The notes beneath the pieces were generated by a model that saw only the letters and a list, made by a program, of their open reading frames with translations, was not told the origin of the DNA and made no database searches. 56,585 nt of DNA from an uncultured Clostridium sp. (GTDB lineage: Bacteria > Bacillota > Clostridia > TANB77 > CAG-508): positions 1-56,585 of the forward strand of contig CAOJHH010000004.1 of the NCBI GenBank assembly GCA_948436025.1, in the 5' to 3' direction. Position 1 is the first letter of the stretch, and each line of letters begins with the position of its first letter. Shown here piece by piece: positions 33,062 to 44,006 of this stretch. The translations under genes and the position numbers were made by a program.

Positions 33062-35499
33062 ATGAATTTGAAATATATTGAAAAATTGGAATATTCTACT
33101 ATTTTGGACAAACTTTCTAGTTTCTGTCTTACCGATTATGGAAAAGATTTGTGCCATTCTTTAATACCAAATTCCAATAAGCAAGAGGTTTCAAACTTAT
33201 TAGAGGAAACTTCGGAGGCGGTTCGTTTATTATCGGAAAAGGAGCCTTCTTTTGGAACTGTAAAAAAGGTGGATTATTCCTTAAAAATATTAGATAGCAA
33301 TGGTGTTTTAACTTTGGAAATGATTTTACAATTAACACAAATTTTTAAAACAAGCGCTGTTTTAAAAGATTACTTTTATACAGACCACGATGTTTCGTGT
33401 TTCCCATTTTGTGAAACTTATTTTTCAAAGTTGTATCACAATCCTTCTATTATAAAATCAGTAGAACATGCCATTATCGATGAAAATACTATTTCCGATG
33501 CGGCTTCTTCAAAACTTTCTTCTCTTCGTAAGGAAATGAAAAAAATAGAAGATGAAATTAAAGAAAAGTTAAACCATTTTCTACACTCTTCTAGTTATTC
33601 AAAATATATACAAGAAAGTATTATTACTATACGAAACAATCGCTATGTTATCCCTGTAAAAGAAGAATATCGAAGTTTTGTAAAGGGATTTCTTCATGAT
33701 ATTTCTACTAGTGGTTCTACGGTATTTATTGAACCGATGGCAGTTTTTGAATTAAACAATAAACTACATGTTTTGCAATTAGAAGAAACCATAGAAATAG
33801 AACATATTTTGCAACAATTGTCCTTGCAATTTTTACCTTATACCGCACAATTACAAGAAGATTACGATACCATTGGTCACATAGACTTTATTTTTGCCAA
33901 AGCAAAATATGCCCTTTTTTTACATGCCACAAAACCTAATATTAATGAGGATAAATGTATTTCTTTGGTGGAGGCTCGTCATCCGCTTATTGCAAAAGAA
34001 ACTATGGTACCTCTTACCATTGAACTTGGTAAAACCTATTCTTCTCTTATTATTACTGGTCCTAATACTGGTGGAAAAACCGTTAGTTTGAAAACAACTG
34101 GTTTACTTTGTCTAATGGCTTGTAGCGGTCTTTTTATTCCTGCAAAAGAGGAAAGTAGTATTTATGTGTTTGACCAATATTTTGCAGATATTGGAGATGA
34201 ACAAAGTATTGTAGAATCGCTTAGTACGTTTTCTTCTCATATGAGCCATATTGTGCATATTTTAGAAGAATCCACTTCTGAAAGTTTGGTATTATTAGAT
34301 GAACTTGGCTCCGGTACAGACCCTATTGAGGGAAGCAGTTTAGCGATTAGCATTTTAGAAACACTGTCTAAGCATCATACTCTTTGTATTTCTACTTCGC
34401 ATTATACGGAACTTAAAAATTATGCTCTTGTAACCGATGGGTTTGAAAATGCTAGTGTACGGGTTTGATTTTGAAAGTTTAAAACCAACCTATCAACTAC
34501 TTATTGGCATTCCTGGTAGAAGTAATGCTTTTGCAATTAGTAAAAAATTAGGCTTATCTTCTTCTATTATTAAAAGAGCGGAAAGTCTTTTACAAGATGA
34601 CCAAATTCATGTAGAAGAACTTCTAAAAAATATTTATGATGATAAATTATGGATTGAGCAAGAAAAGCAAGAAATCGAAAAGAATTCCAATCAAATTACT
34701 TTGCTTCGCAAATCTTTAGAAGAAAAGCAACGACGTTTTGATGAAAAACGGTTCTGATATTTTAGAAAAAGCAAAACAAGAAGCAAGAAAAATTTTGCTT
34801 AATGCCAAAGAGGAAGCTAGTTTTTGCATTTCACAAATGAATGAACTTTCGAAAAATGCAACTATGAATTCAGTAAAAGAATTAAACTCTATTCGAAATC
34901 GATTAAATGCGTCTTTAAAAGAAACCTCTTCTACTATTATTGCTAATGAGGAAAAGCAAAATGGTGTGTTAGAAACGGATTTAAAAATTGGTACTAAGGT
35001 TTTTATTTCGTATTTAGGGCAAGAAGGTATTGTAATGAGTCTACCAAATAAGTCTCATCAAGTGCAAGTTCAAATTGGCAGTATGAAAATGCAAATTCCT
35101 GTAATACGTATTTCTAACATCATTGATACGAATTCTACCCCTTCTTCAAATGGTGCTACCAATTATAAGAACCTCACTCAACAACACAAACAAAGCTCAT
35201 GGGAGGATCCCCGAGAACCTTGTTGTTTACACAATAAATCCAATAAACGAAAAACTGTTACAACAGAAATTAATGTGATTGGGTATCATGTAGATGAAGC
35301 TACTTTTGTGATTGATAAGTATTTAGACGATTGTGCTCTTGCGAAGTTAAGTCCAGTTCGCATTGTGCATGGAAAAGGAACAGGTGCTTTAAGGAAGGGC
35401 ATTCATGAGTTTCTAAAGACGAATTCTCATGTGAAAAGTTTTCGCCTTGGCACTTTTGGCGAAGGCGAAATGGGTGTTACAGTTGTGGAATTGAAATGA
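33062..35499 (+). CDS. mutS2: MutS2, about 811 aa, with two +1 shifts (CGGG 34460-34463, CGGT 34749-34752)
   Basis: TGPNTGGKT, DIGDEQS, LDELGSGTDP, GIPGRSNAF and C-terminal Smr HGKGTG across three frames. Confidence 0.95.
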
Positions 35500-35558
35500 A
35501 ATATCTATATTTTTAATAAAGAGCAGACTGTATCTGCTCTTTTTCTAAATATTCTTTT

Positions 35559-36857
35559 CTATGCATAAGCTTGTCTTTTTCGAAATGCTAATAAATTGGT
35601 AATTTCCGTTTGTGTATTTTTTGCTCTTTTGGTTTTAGCCGCTTTTTCTTGTTGTATTTGACGTGCTTGTCGTTCTGCCATTGTTTGGCAAATTGCTTTT
35701 TGATAAGTAAAATGGGTATCTTGCGCAATTTTAGCCCAGTTATACTCATTTTTCACCATGTTTTTCGCATTTTTTACCACATTGGCTGATAATTGAGGAT
35801 TATATAATAATGCTAAAATAGAATCCGCAATCGAATTTGGATTTCCAGCATAACTTTTCATTCCATTTTCTCCATGATTTATTATTTCATTTAGTCCTCC
35901 AATATCTGATACAACAACTGGAGTTCCAGAAAGCATTGCTTCTAGAGCTACAATACCAAATGGTTCATATGTACTTGGAAATACCGATATATCTGCACAT
36001 TTGTACATTTTACACACTTGCTTTGCATCCATATAACCTGTAAAATACACTTTATTACTAATTCCCATTGCATTTACTTGTGCTTTTAATTCCTCTGCCA
36101 TGCCACCTTTTCCTGCAATCACAAGTTTGGCATCATGATACCCTGCCAAAATTTTAGGCATCGCAGATACTAAGTATTGTACTCCTTTTTCATATACAAG
36201 TCTTCCCATAAATAGAATTATTTTTTCATTATCTGCTGCATATTGCCTTCTAAAATCATAATCTCTTTCTACACCACTAAACATGTTGATATTAATTCCA
36301 TTTGGTACAACATTAATTTTCTCAAAGGGAAGTCCAAATTGACCTTGTAATTCTCGTTTCATATAATTACTATTAACAATAACTTCTGTTGCTTCATAAG
36401 TTAGCATCCATTCAGTATCATTAATATAACGTTGTGTTTCGTCATGAATACCAGAATTTCTACCACTTTCTGTTGCATGAATCGTTGCTACAATTGGAAT
36501 ATCATATGAATTTTTTAAGGTTTTAGCCGCATATGCCACAAGCCAATCATGAGCATGAATGACATCAAATTTACCTTCTTTTGCCATAATTTCATTTGCT
36601 TTTGCTATCATATTAAAATTCATTTGCATAATCCAATCAATAAAATTGTTAGGATGAATCATATAATTATCAATTCGATGAACTTTAACACCTTTATCAT
36701 CTTCATAATAAGGTGCATTTCCTTCTCGATAAGTCACAACGGTTACTTCGTGCCCATCTTTTATTAATCTTTTTGATAAGTCATTTACAACTCTTGCAAT
36801 TCCTCCTACAATTCTTGGTGGATACTCCCATGTTAGCATTAAAATTTTCATTGGCAT
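35559..36857 (-). CDS. glycosyltransferase family 4
   Basis: WEYPP..GG, HAHDW, EPFGIVALEAM. Confidence 0.93.
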   Translation of the reverse strand: MPMKILMLTWEYPPRIVGGIARVVNDLSKRLIKDGHEVTVVTYREGNAPYYEDDKGVKVHRIDNYMIHPNNFIDWIMQMNFNMIAKANEIMAKEGKFDVIHAHDWLVAYAAKTLKNSYDIPIVATIHATESGRNSGIHDETQRYINDTEWMLTYEATEVIVNSNYMKRELQGQFGLPFEKINVVPNGININMFSGVERDYDFRRQYAADNEKIILFMGRLVYEKGVQYLVSAMPKILAGYHDAKLVIAGKGGMAEELKAQVNAMGISNKVYFTGYMDAKQVCKMYKCADISVFPSTYEPFGIVALEAMLSGTPVVVSDIGGLNEIINHGENGMKSYAGNPNSIADSILALLYNPQLSANVVKNAKNMVKNEYNWAKIAQDTHFTYQKAICQTMAERQARQIQQEKAAKTKRAKNTQTEITNLLAFRKRQAYA

Positions 36858-36951
36858 TTACGCCCCTTCCTAACAATTTTCTTTTGTTTTTTACAACTAT
36901 GTTCATTTTATACAATTTTTTGACAAATGTAAATATATTTTGCAAAAAGTT

Positions 36952-37542
36952 TTAATTTTCTTTTTGTTTTAATCTTGTAGATACAACAATTAGATATGCT
37001 AATACTGACCCAGTTGTTGCTGTTATTAGTTGTGTTAGTCCCATTGATACATTTAAGGTTTGTTTTACCATGTCTGGTACTGGCATTGCGTTTACCATGA
37101 TCATAAAACCAGAATAAATTATGGCTACTTTTGCCATAATTGCGATACTTGCACAAAAAGGATATTTCCATTTTTTATTTACATATAGCAACTTATAAAA
37201 CAAAATAAGTGCAAAATTTCCTATCCATATTGCTGGAATCATGGTCTTACTATATAATGTCATCCCTCCAAATAATAATCCTCCTAATATCGTAGAAATA
37301 GATGGTAAAGTTGCAATTGCAATTGTCTTTATTGTTCCTTTTGTATACAATGCGGTTAAAATAAGTGACATATTAACAACACTTCCCACTATTATTTGTT
37401 GATACTTTCCTAATGGGATTATTTTGACCAAAAAAGTTGGCACTACAAATGCACCAATAGTAATTAATAAAGTAATTACTACATTCGTTACCTTATTTAC
37501 CTCCACTAATTGTTCTTTCATCAATTTCGTCATTCTCATCAA
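36952..37542 (-). CDS. membrane protein, ECF S-component-like
   Basis: multiple TMs; QQIIVGSVVN, IWIGN and QLITA pattern. Confidence 0.55.
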   Translation of the reverse strand: MMRMTKLMKEQLVEVNKVTNVVITLLITIGAFVVPTFLVKIIPLGKYQQIIVGSVVNMSLILTALYTKGTIKTIAIATLPSISTILGGLLFGGMTLYSKTMIPAIWIGNFALILFYKLLYVNKKWKYPFCASIAIMAKVAIIYSGFMIMVNAMPVPDMVKQTLNVSMGLTQLITATTGSVLAYLIVVSTRLKQKEN

Positions 37543-37815
37543 ATCCTTTCTTTCTAATCATTTTTAAACCGTCTCTTCGTCTAACAAAATTAGTATAACA
37601 TAACTGTAATTAATTTAATAGTATTTTTATAGAAAAAATATTACTTCCTAACTATCTCTTCTTTTTAGCATTTTATGTAAATTATGATAAATTGCAGAAG
37701 AAATGCAAATTTTCATAAAAGCTTTACTTTTAGTTCTGTTTATGGTATACTTAGCCTAATAGTATAAGTGCTATTGTTTAAAATCTATTAATATCTTATT
37801 AGGAGGTACTTATTT

Positions 37816-37881
37816 ATGGAATGGCGGAAAATTAATGTGAAGCCTAGCAACAAAAGTGGTAAAAGAGGACATTATATCTAA
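37816..37881 (+). CDS. small ORF (21 aa if CGG is a triplet; 7 aa if CGGA is a quadruplet)
   Basis: AGGAGG RBS, ATG GAA TGG CGG..., followed by a terminator-like hairpin at 37921-37961. Confidence 0.35.
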   Translation: MEWRKINVKPSNKSGKRGHYI

Positions 37882-37985
37882 TAATGGATTTTAACTTTAC
37901 ACTAATTTTTATTTTGGAAAACACAAAGAGGGTGCCCTAAAATAGGACAGCCTCTTTGTGTAAAATCATTACCATACTGTGTCTT

Positions 37986-38114
37986 TTAATTGTCCCCACT
38001 CATAATGGCCCTTATCACAAGGACCAAAAATCCCAAGATAGCTGTAGCAACGGCTAATCCAGTATTTCCTCTAAAGGCTGCTACTAAGCTAACAATCCAT
38101 AACATAGTAACCAT
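37986..38114 (-). CDS. small hydrophobic protein (42 aa)
   Basis: GGAGG RBS; MVTMLWIVSLVAAFRGNTGLAVATAILGFLVLVIRAIMSGDN. Confidence 0.5.
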   Translation of the reverse strand: MVTMLWIVSLVAAFRGNTGLAVATAILGFLVLVIRAIMSGDN

Positions 38115-38313
38115 CTTTCTACCTCCGCATAGTATGCATGTTTATATGTACCAATTAATTGTATCATAAATTATGTAAATAGTCAATAAATTGTTGACAA
38201 TAAATATAGAATATTTTAATTTTTTACATTTTATGTGAATTGTAGTATACTAAATCTATAAGAACTTTATTAACCCAACAGTCATAGTGACTGTATCATC
38301 TAGGAGGTCTTCA

Positions 38314-38406
38314 ATGTTACAGGGATTTTGTTTTTTAGGCGTCTCAGCTGTCGCCGTTGCGTTAGTGCTGAATAAGCACCACTGTATTGCTATTTTTTGG
38401 AGTTGA
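38314..38406 (+). CDS. small hydrophobic ORF (30 aa), possibly a remnant
   Basis: AGGAGG RBS; MLQGFCFLGVSAVAVALVLNKHHCIAIFWS. Confidence 0.3.
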   Translation: MLQGFCFLGVSAVAVALVLNKHHCIAIFWS

Positions 38407-38514
38407 TTGCTATTTTAGCTGTTTTTTACTCCGATATCTTAGAAATGATAATACGGGAACTTATACAGCTGTGACACATCTGCCCCTTTGGGGGCTTTTT
38501 TTACGTCATTTTGC

Positions 38515-38546
38515 AAAAATGGATACAGGCTTATCTCTGTATCCAT
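38515..38546 (-). terminator. intrinsic terminator of the tRNA-Gly operon
   Basis: ATGGATACAG-loop-CTGTATCCAT-TTTT on the minus strand. Confidence 0.8.
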
Positions 38547-38555
38547 TGATTTTAC

Positions 38556-38629
<74 letters not shown>

Positions 38630-38668
38630 AGTTTAAAATAGCACCACTTTTTTTGTGGTGCAAACCGT

Positions 38669-38742
<74 letters not shown>

Positions 38743-38756
38743 ATCTCTATGATAGT

Positions 38757-38785
38757 ATTATAACGACTATCATAGATTTTGTCAA
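38757..38785 (-). promoter_or_regulatory. consensus sigmaA promoter for the two tRNA-Gly genes
   Basis: TTGACA-17 bp-TATAAT on the minus strand, 14 nt upstream of the first tRNA. Confidence 0.9.
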
Positions 38786-38798
38786 GATATTTTTGAAA

Positions 38799-39347
38799 TT
38801 ATTTTAAGCAAATTCCTCTATCTCCTACTTTTTTATTAGCTACATAATATTCACTTCCTAAGTAAGTAAGAAGCTTTGCCTTGGCTAGGTTTACTTTGCC
38901 ATTTTCTACAAATTCTGGTTTGGCATTTACACATACCACTTCTCCAATGAACATATCGTGTGAACCAAGGTGTTTGATTTCTTTTAGCTTGCATTCTAAA
39001 TTAATGGGGCATTCTTTAATGCTAGGTGCTGCCACCATTTTTCCTGCCTCTTTGGTAAGGTTTGCACTTTGGAATTTATCCATCTCTTTTCCGGTTTTGG
39101 TTCCACAAAAGTCTGTTGCCCATACTAAATTTTCATCTGGAAGATTGATGATAAATTCTTTGGTTTGTTTGATGATTTCATAAGAATGTCTCGATGGTCT
39201 AATGGATACATACACAAGTGGTGGTTCAGAGTTTAGTACTCCTGTCCATGCAATTGTGGTAATATTGGCTTTGTCCATATTGCCACAAGATACCATAACA
39301 GCTGGTATTGGTGCCAAGCTTGTGCTTGGCTGTAATTGTTCTTTCAT
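38799..39347 (-). CDS. flavin reductase family protein
   Basis: PIPAVMVS, NITTIAW, SIRPSRHS, ECPINLEC, GSHDMFIGEV. Confidence 0.9.
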   Translation of the reverse strand: MKEQLQPSTSLAPIPAVMVSCGNMDKANITTIAWTGVLNSEPPLVYVSIRPSRHSYEIIKQTKEFIINLPDENLVWATDFCGTKTGKEMDKFQSANLTKEAGKMVAAPSIKECPINLECKLKEIKHLGSHDMFIGEVVCVNAKPEFVENGKVNLAKAKLLTYLGSEYYVANKKVGDRGICLK

Positions 39348-39451
39348 GGTTGGTCTCCTTTCCATTTTGGGCAGAAATGGATTCTGCCCTTGCAAATGCC
39401 ATTTTATCGCATTTTCTTATTTCAGGTCGATGTGGGCATCGCCCCCTACGA

Positions 39452-41576
39452 TTATTCATCTGTGACCTTGGCAAATGCTATTTTTCTGGTTTCTTTGTTT
39501 GCTTCGATTACTTGTATTTTTATTTTATCCCCTAACTTATAAATCTTATTTGTTTTTTCTCCTATTAAATGTTTATGCTCATCATCATAAATAAAATACT
39601 CATTTTCTCCTAAATTTTCAAAACGGATTAGCCCTTCTACCGTATTTTCTAATTCCACAAAAATACCAAAATTGGTCACACTACTAATGATTCCTTCATA
39701 AACATTACCAATTTTGTCTTGCATGTATTCTGCTTTCTTTAAATCGATGCTGTCTCTTTCTACTTTTACTGCTATCTTTTCTCTTTCGGAAGATTTCTCT
39801 GCTACTGCCTCGGCAAGCTTTTTATATTCTTCTTTCCATTCCTCTTTTACATGATAACCCGCCTCTAAGTAATTTGAAATCATGCGATGTATCCACAAAT
39901 CTGGATATCTTCGAATGGGGGAAGTAAAATGGCAATAAAATTTACTTGCAATTCCAAAATGTCCTTTATTCTGGCTTTCGTATTTTGCTACTTTTAGAGT
40001 ACGAAGAAGTAATGTAGAAATCACTCTTTCTTCTGGCTTTTCTTTGATATCTTCTAGTATTTTACTAAATTCTTTTGGGTGTAAATTTTCCTTGTTTCCT
40101 TTAATTCGATACCCGAAACCATATAAAAATTTATTTAATTCATTTACTTTTTCTAAACTTGGTACTTCATGTACACGATAAATAAATGGTGCTTCTAGCC
40201 AATAAAATTTTTCCGCAATGGTTTCATTGGCAGTTAGCATAAATTGCTCAATAATAGAATTGGCAAAGCTAAGCTCATATTGAGCAACTGCAACTGCTTT
40301 TCCATTTTCATCTAAAGTAATCTTGCTTTCTGGAATATTTAAATCCAAACTTCCCATTTGTTTTCTTCTGTTTTGCAAGATAATGGCTAATTCTTCCATT
40401 TTCTTAAATTCATCAATATATGGTTCATATTCTCTTACTATTTCGTTATCGGAATTTTCTAAAATCTTAGTAACATTGGTATAACTCATTCGTTTGGTAA
40501 CTTGAATAACGGCTTTAAATACATAAGAGTCAATGACTTCTCCAGATGGCGTAATTTCCATTTCCACCGATAAGGTAAATCGGTCTTCTCCCTCATTTAA
40601 ACTACAAATACCATTGGATAGTTTTTGTGGTAGCATGGGAATCACACGGTCTAACATATAAATACTGGTTCCTCTTAAATAGGCCTCTTTGTCTAAATTA
40701 GAGCCTTCTTTTACGTAATGGCTAACATCAGCAATATGCACACCTAGTTTATAATTTCCGTTTTCTAATCGTTCTACACAAACGGCATCGTCTAAATCTT
40801 TCGCATCTTCCCCATCAATGGTAAAAATTAGTTTATCTCGTAAATCGACTCGATTTGGAATATCCTTTATTTCTACCCTTTGGCGAATGTGGTTTGCTTC
40901 TTCTAAAACAGGGACTGGAAATTCATATGGCAAATGGTATTCTCTTACTAAGCACATCATATCCACTCCTGCTTGATTGGTCTTTCCAATAATTTCTATA
41001 ATTTCACCTTCAGCATTTTTTCCGTTTTTCTGGATATTTTGTGATTTTTACAACTACTTTATCTTGGTTTCTAGCTCCTTGAAATTTCTTTTTCGAAATA
41101 AAAATATCGGTACTAAGTTTCGAGTTATCTGGTACAACAAAACCAAAGTTTTTGCTATTTTTAAACGTTCCTACTAATTCTCGAACTTCTCTTTTTAAAA
41201 TTTTTACAATTTTGCCTTCCTTTTTTAAATTATTTTCCTCTTCTAATATTTTTACCAAAACCACATCTCCATCGAAGGCACTTCCTGCTTGTGTAGTGGC
41301 AATATGAATTTCTTCATCTTCTAATTCCACAAAACCAAATCCCTTTTGATGCCTATGGTACACACCTTGAACATATGGCTCGTCCATCATAATATATTGG
41401 TTTTTTCTATTTTTTCGAATTTTATATTCTCGTTCCAACTCATCTAAAACAGCTTGTAACTCTCCCATTTCTTCTTTTGGCACTATTAAAACTTGTGCCA
41501 TTTCTTTTTTCTTCATTGGCACATATTCTTTGTCCTGTATAAAATTCCAAACTAATTCTTTTTTATCGTTATTCAA
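39452..41576 (-). CDS. rnr: ribonuclease R, about 707 aa, +1 shift at CGGA (41021-41024)
   Basis: cold-shock domains (GFGFV), TIDGEDAKDLDDA, HFTSPIRRYPD, S1 domain; join YPEK-[CGGA]-KNAEGEIIEIIG. Confidence 0.96.
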
Positions 41577-41587
41577 TTTTTCCTCCC

Positions 41588-41636
41588 TTAAGAACCCCCA
41601 GTCGACTACGTCGACAGCCCCCTTAAGTAAAGGGGC
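41588..41636. repeat. solo copy of the GC-rich hairpin repeat seen at 19321/19528
   Basis: taagaacccccagtcgactacgtcgacagcccccttaagtaaaggggc. Confidence 0.75.
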
Positions 41637-41684
41637 CTTAAAAATAGAGCAACTTTTGTTGCTCTATTTAGTGTATCTTTTTTT

Positions 41685-41930
41685 CTATATTACATACATA
41701 ATCGAAAGAAGAATGCTAAGTACCGCAAATACGACACCTAAAATAATTGTCCACTTTTTCATTTTTCCTTCTTTGGTTCTACCTTTGTTTTTCTCATAGA
41801 AATTGCTTGAAGAACCAGTAATGGTAGCACTTGCTCCGCTATCATCTTTTGTTTGCATCATCGCAACAATCACCAATGCAAAACATACTATTACATAAAT
41901 CCCTATCAATATATATTTTAATACTTCCAC
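41685..41930 (-). CDS. secG: preprotein translocase subunit SecG
   Basis: two TMs with a Q..Gly/Ser linker; conserved secG-rnr order. Confidence 0.88.
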   Translation of the reverse strand: MEVLKYILIGIYVIVCFALVIVAMMQTKDDSGASATITGSSSNFYEKNKGRTKEGKMKKWTIILGVVFAVLSILLSIMYVI

Positions 41931-42022
41931 TTTTTATTTCCTCCTTCATGTTAATAACATTGATATTCTAGCACATAATCGCTAAAAATGCAAACTTTTT
42001 TGAAAATTGTTACCATTTTTTA

Positions 42023-42358
42023 TTATTTTATTACATCTGCAACTGCTTCGGATATGATTTTGTTTACATCAGCTAGCATAATGTTGAATTTTAATTCCGC
42101 ATCAAAGTATTGTTTCATTTTTTCGTTTACAATTAGCTGGGCATATAGATTTTGTAATTCATTTGCTTTTTCTACTTCTTTTTTTCCTTCTGAAATCGCA
42201 GCAATTTGCACTTCATAGCGTTCTTTTTCAAATTTTTCTAGCTTTTCTTTTAATTCTGGCTCATTTGCAATTTCTTCTTTTACTTTTTTGTAGTTTTTGT
42301 ATTCTTCTGAATTTTTGATTTCATATGCCAAACGGTTGGCGGTATCGTAAATGTTCAT
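42023..42358 (-). CDS. YlbF/YmcA/YheA family regulator
   Basis: MNIYDTANRLA..IKNSEEY, YFDAE. Confidence 0.85.
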   Translation of the reverse strand: MNIYDTANRLAYEIKNSEEYKNYKKVKEEIANEPELKEKLEKFEKERYEVQIAAISEGKKEVEKANELQNLYAQLIVNEKMKQYFDAELKFNIMLADVNKIISEAVADVIK

Positions 42359-42423
42359 AAGTTTTCCCCCTAATGTTCTTTTATATTAAGGGGCAATACT
42401 CTGACCCTTAATTATACTGTATT

Positions 42424-43996
42424 TTAAAAATGTTTTCCTCTTTTTCTTGGTTGTCTTGATAAATCATCAATATGATTGTTCATGTTATTTGTACCAAATA
42501 TATTATCTAGGTTTGGTGTTTCGTCTTTTTTGTTTGTACTGTCTACTTTTTCTTCTTTTTTATCGTCTATAATACTGTTTTGTGTTTCGTCCTTTGGTGT
42601 TGCCATTTTTTCAAAAAAGTTTTCCGCTTCTGCTTCTTCCTCTAATTTTTGTTGTTTCTTGGATTTCTTTTTCTTTTTTTCTGGTTCTTCTTCCTCTTTT
42701 TCAAAATCCAATCCTGAATATGGAATTTGGCTTGTTTCATTTTCTTGTTTCTTTTTTGAATAACGATATTCTACAACGGCATAAATAATTCCCATTAATG
42801 CTACAACACTGGTAAATACCACAATAATGATTTGCTGTGTTTCGTTCCAAATTGGTTTTATTTCTTCTTGTGTTTCTTCTTCTACTGGTGCCGAAATCGG
42901 CATAACTTCTGCTTCTTTGGTTACTGTTACTTTATAAGTTACGGTATTTTGCCCATCAGCTGATTTTACCGTAATCGTAATTACATTTTCTCCCTCTTTT
43001 ATTTCTTCATATCCTGTTACTTCAATTACAAAATCTTCTTGTAAACCGGACTGCTTCTACTTCTAGTTCTGTATAATCCAATGAAAAACTTTCATCTAAT
43101 AACATTTGGTATTCATACACATCGCTTGCAAATTCTGGTGTAAATGGAAGCGTTACTTTGTTGTCTTCTTCGGTTACGCCCTTAATCACTAAACTTTGTA
43201 ATCCTACTACTACCTCTTGGTTCTCATCTGGTTGCTCTGGTTCAGTTTGTGAAGGTTCTTCAATATTAGGCTTTGTTTCTTCTTTTTTCTTATTATAGAC
43301 TTTTCTAGTAATCTTCGTGCCACTATCTAATGTAATTGTTAATGTATTCGTTCCTTCTAAAACTTGCACACGAATTTCTTCTTCACTTTTTGCAGGATAG
43401 GATTTTTTTGTTTTACTGTTATAAATTTTCAATCCTTCACCTGTTGAGGTTTTTACCTTTACTATAACACTCTCTTTATTCTCAACATTTCTAGACTCTT
43501 TTATCTTAATTCCATCAACCTCACAAAAAGTAACACTCCCCTTCTTAGGCTCCGAAGTTGTACCTCCTTCGCTAGGATTAGTTGTTGCTACTGGATTTAC
43601 TGTAACCGTTGCTGGAATTTCTGTCGACTGGTCCACTTTAAATATCACATTATATGTCTTTTTTTCCGTTACTGTTGGCGCTGTAAAGGTATATGTTCCT
43701 AGTTTTTTTGTAGTACCTGACATATTCATATATCCTATACTACTTCCAGAAATATTGATAATATCTCCGTCATTTTCCTTTGATTTCGAACAACTATTAA
43801 AAGTTAAGCCTCCATTACTTTGCAAGTCTAAATTGTATGCTTCAAGAGCTGTAGATGAAGTTACCGATATACTTACTTTTTCTCCCGAATTCACGGTTGG
43901 ATTTGAAGCACTATAACTAGCTTTTGAAACTGTTATTCCTATCATTAGAAATAATGTTGTAAAGAAAACTATTATTGCAATTCGTTTTAATTTCAT
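42424..43996 (-). CDS. secreted/membrane-anchored beta-sandwich protein (cohesin-like N-terminus, cadherin-like domain), about 523 aa, +1 shift at CGGT (43045-43048)
   Basis: FTPEF..DVYEY ... VEAV-[CGGT]-LQEDFVIEVTG...EGENVITITVKSADG...TYKVTV; C-terminal TM. Confidence 0.75.
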
Positions 43997-44006
43997 ATCT
44001 TTCCTC

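Noticed and set aside
35166-35230. 15-nt match (taagaacctcactca) between the mutS2 linker and 29547-29561, plus a weak palindrome in the linker
   Set aside because: A single 15-mer match is plausible by chance in 56 kb of AT-rich DNA, and there is no extended similarity.
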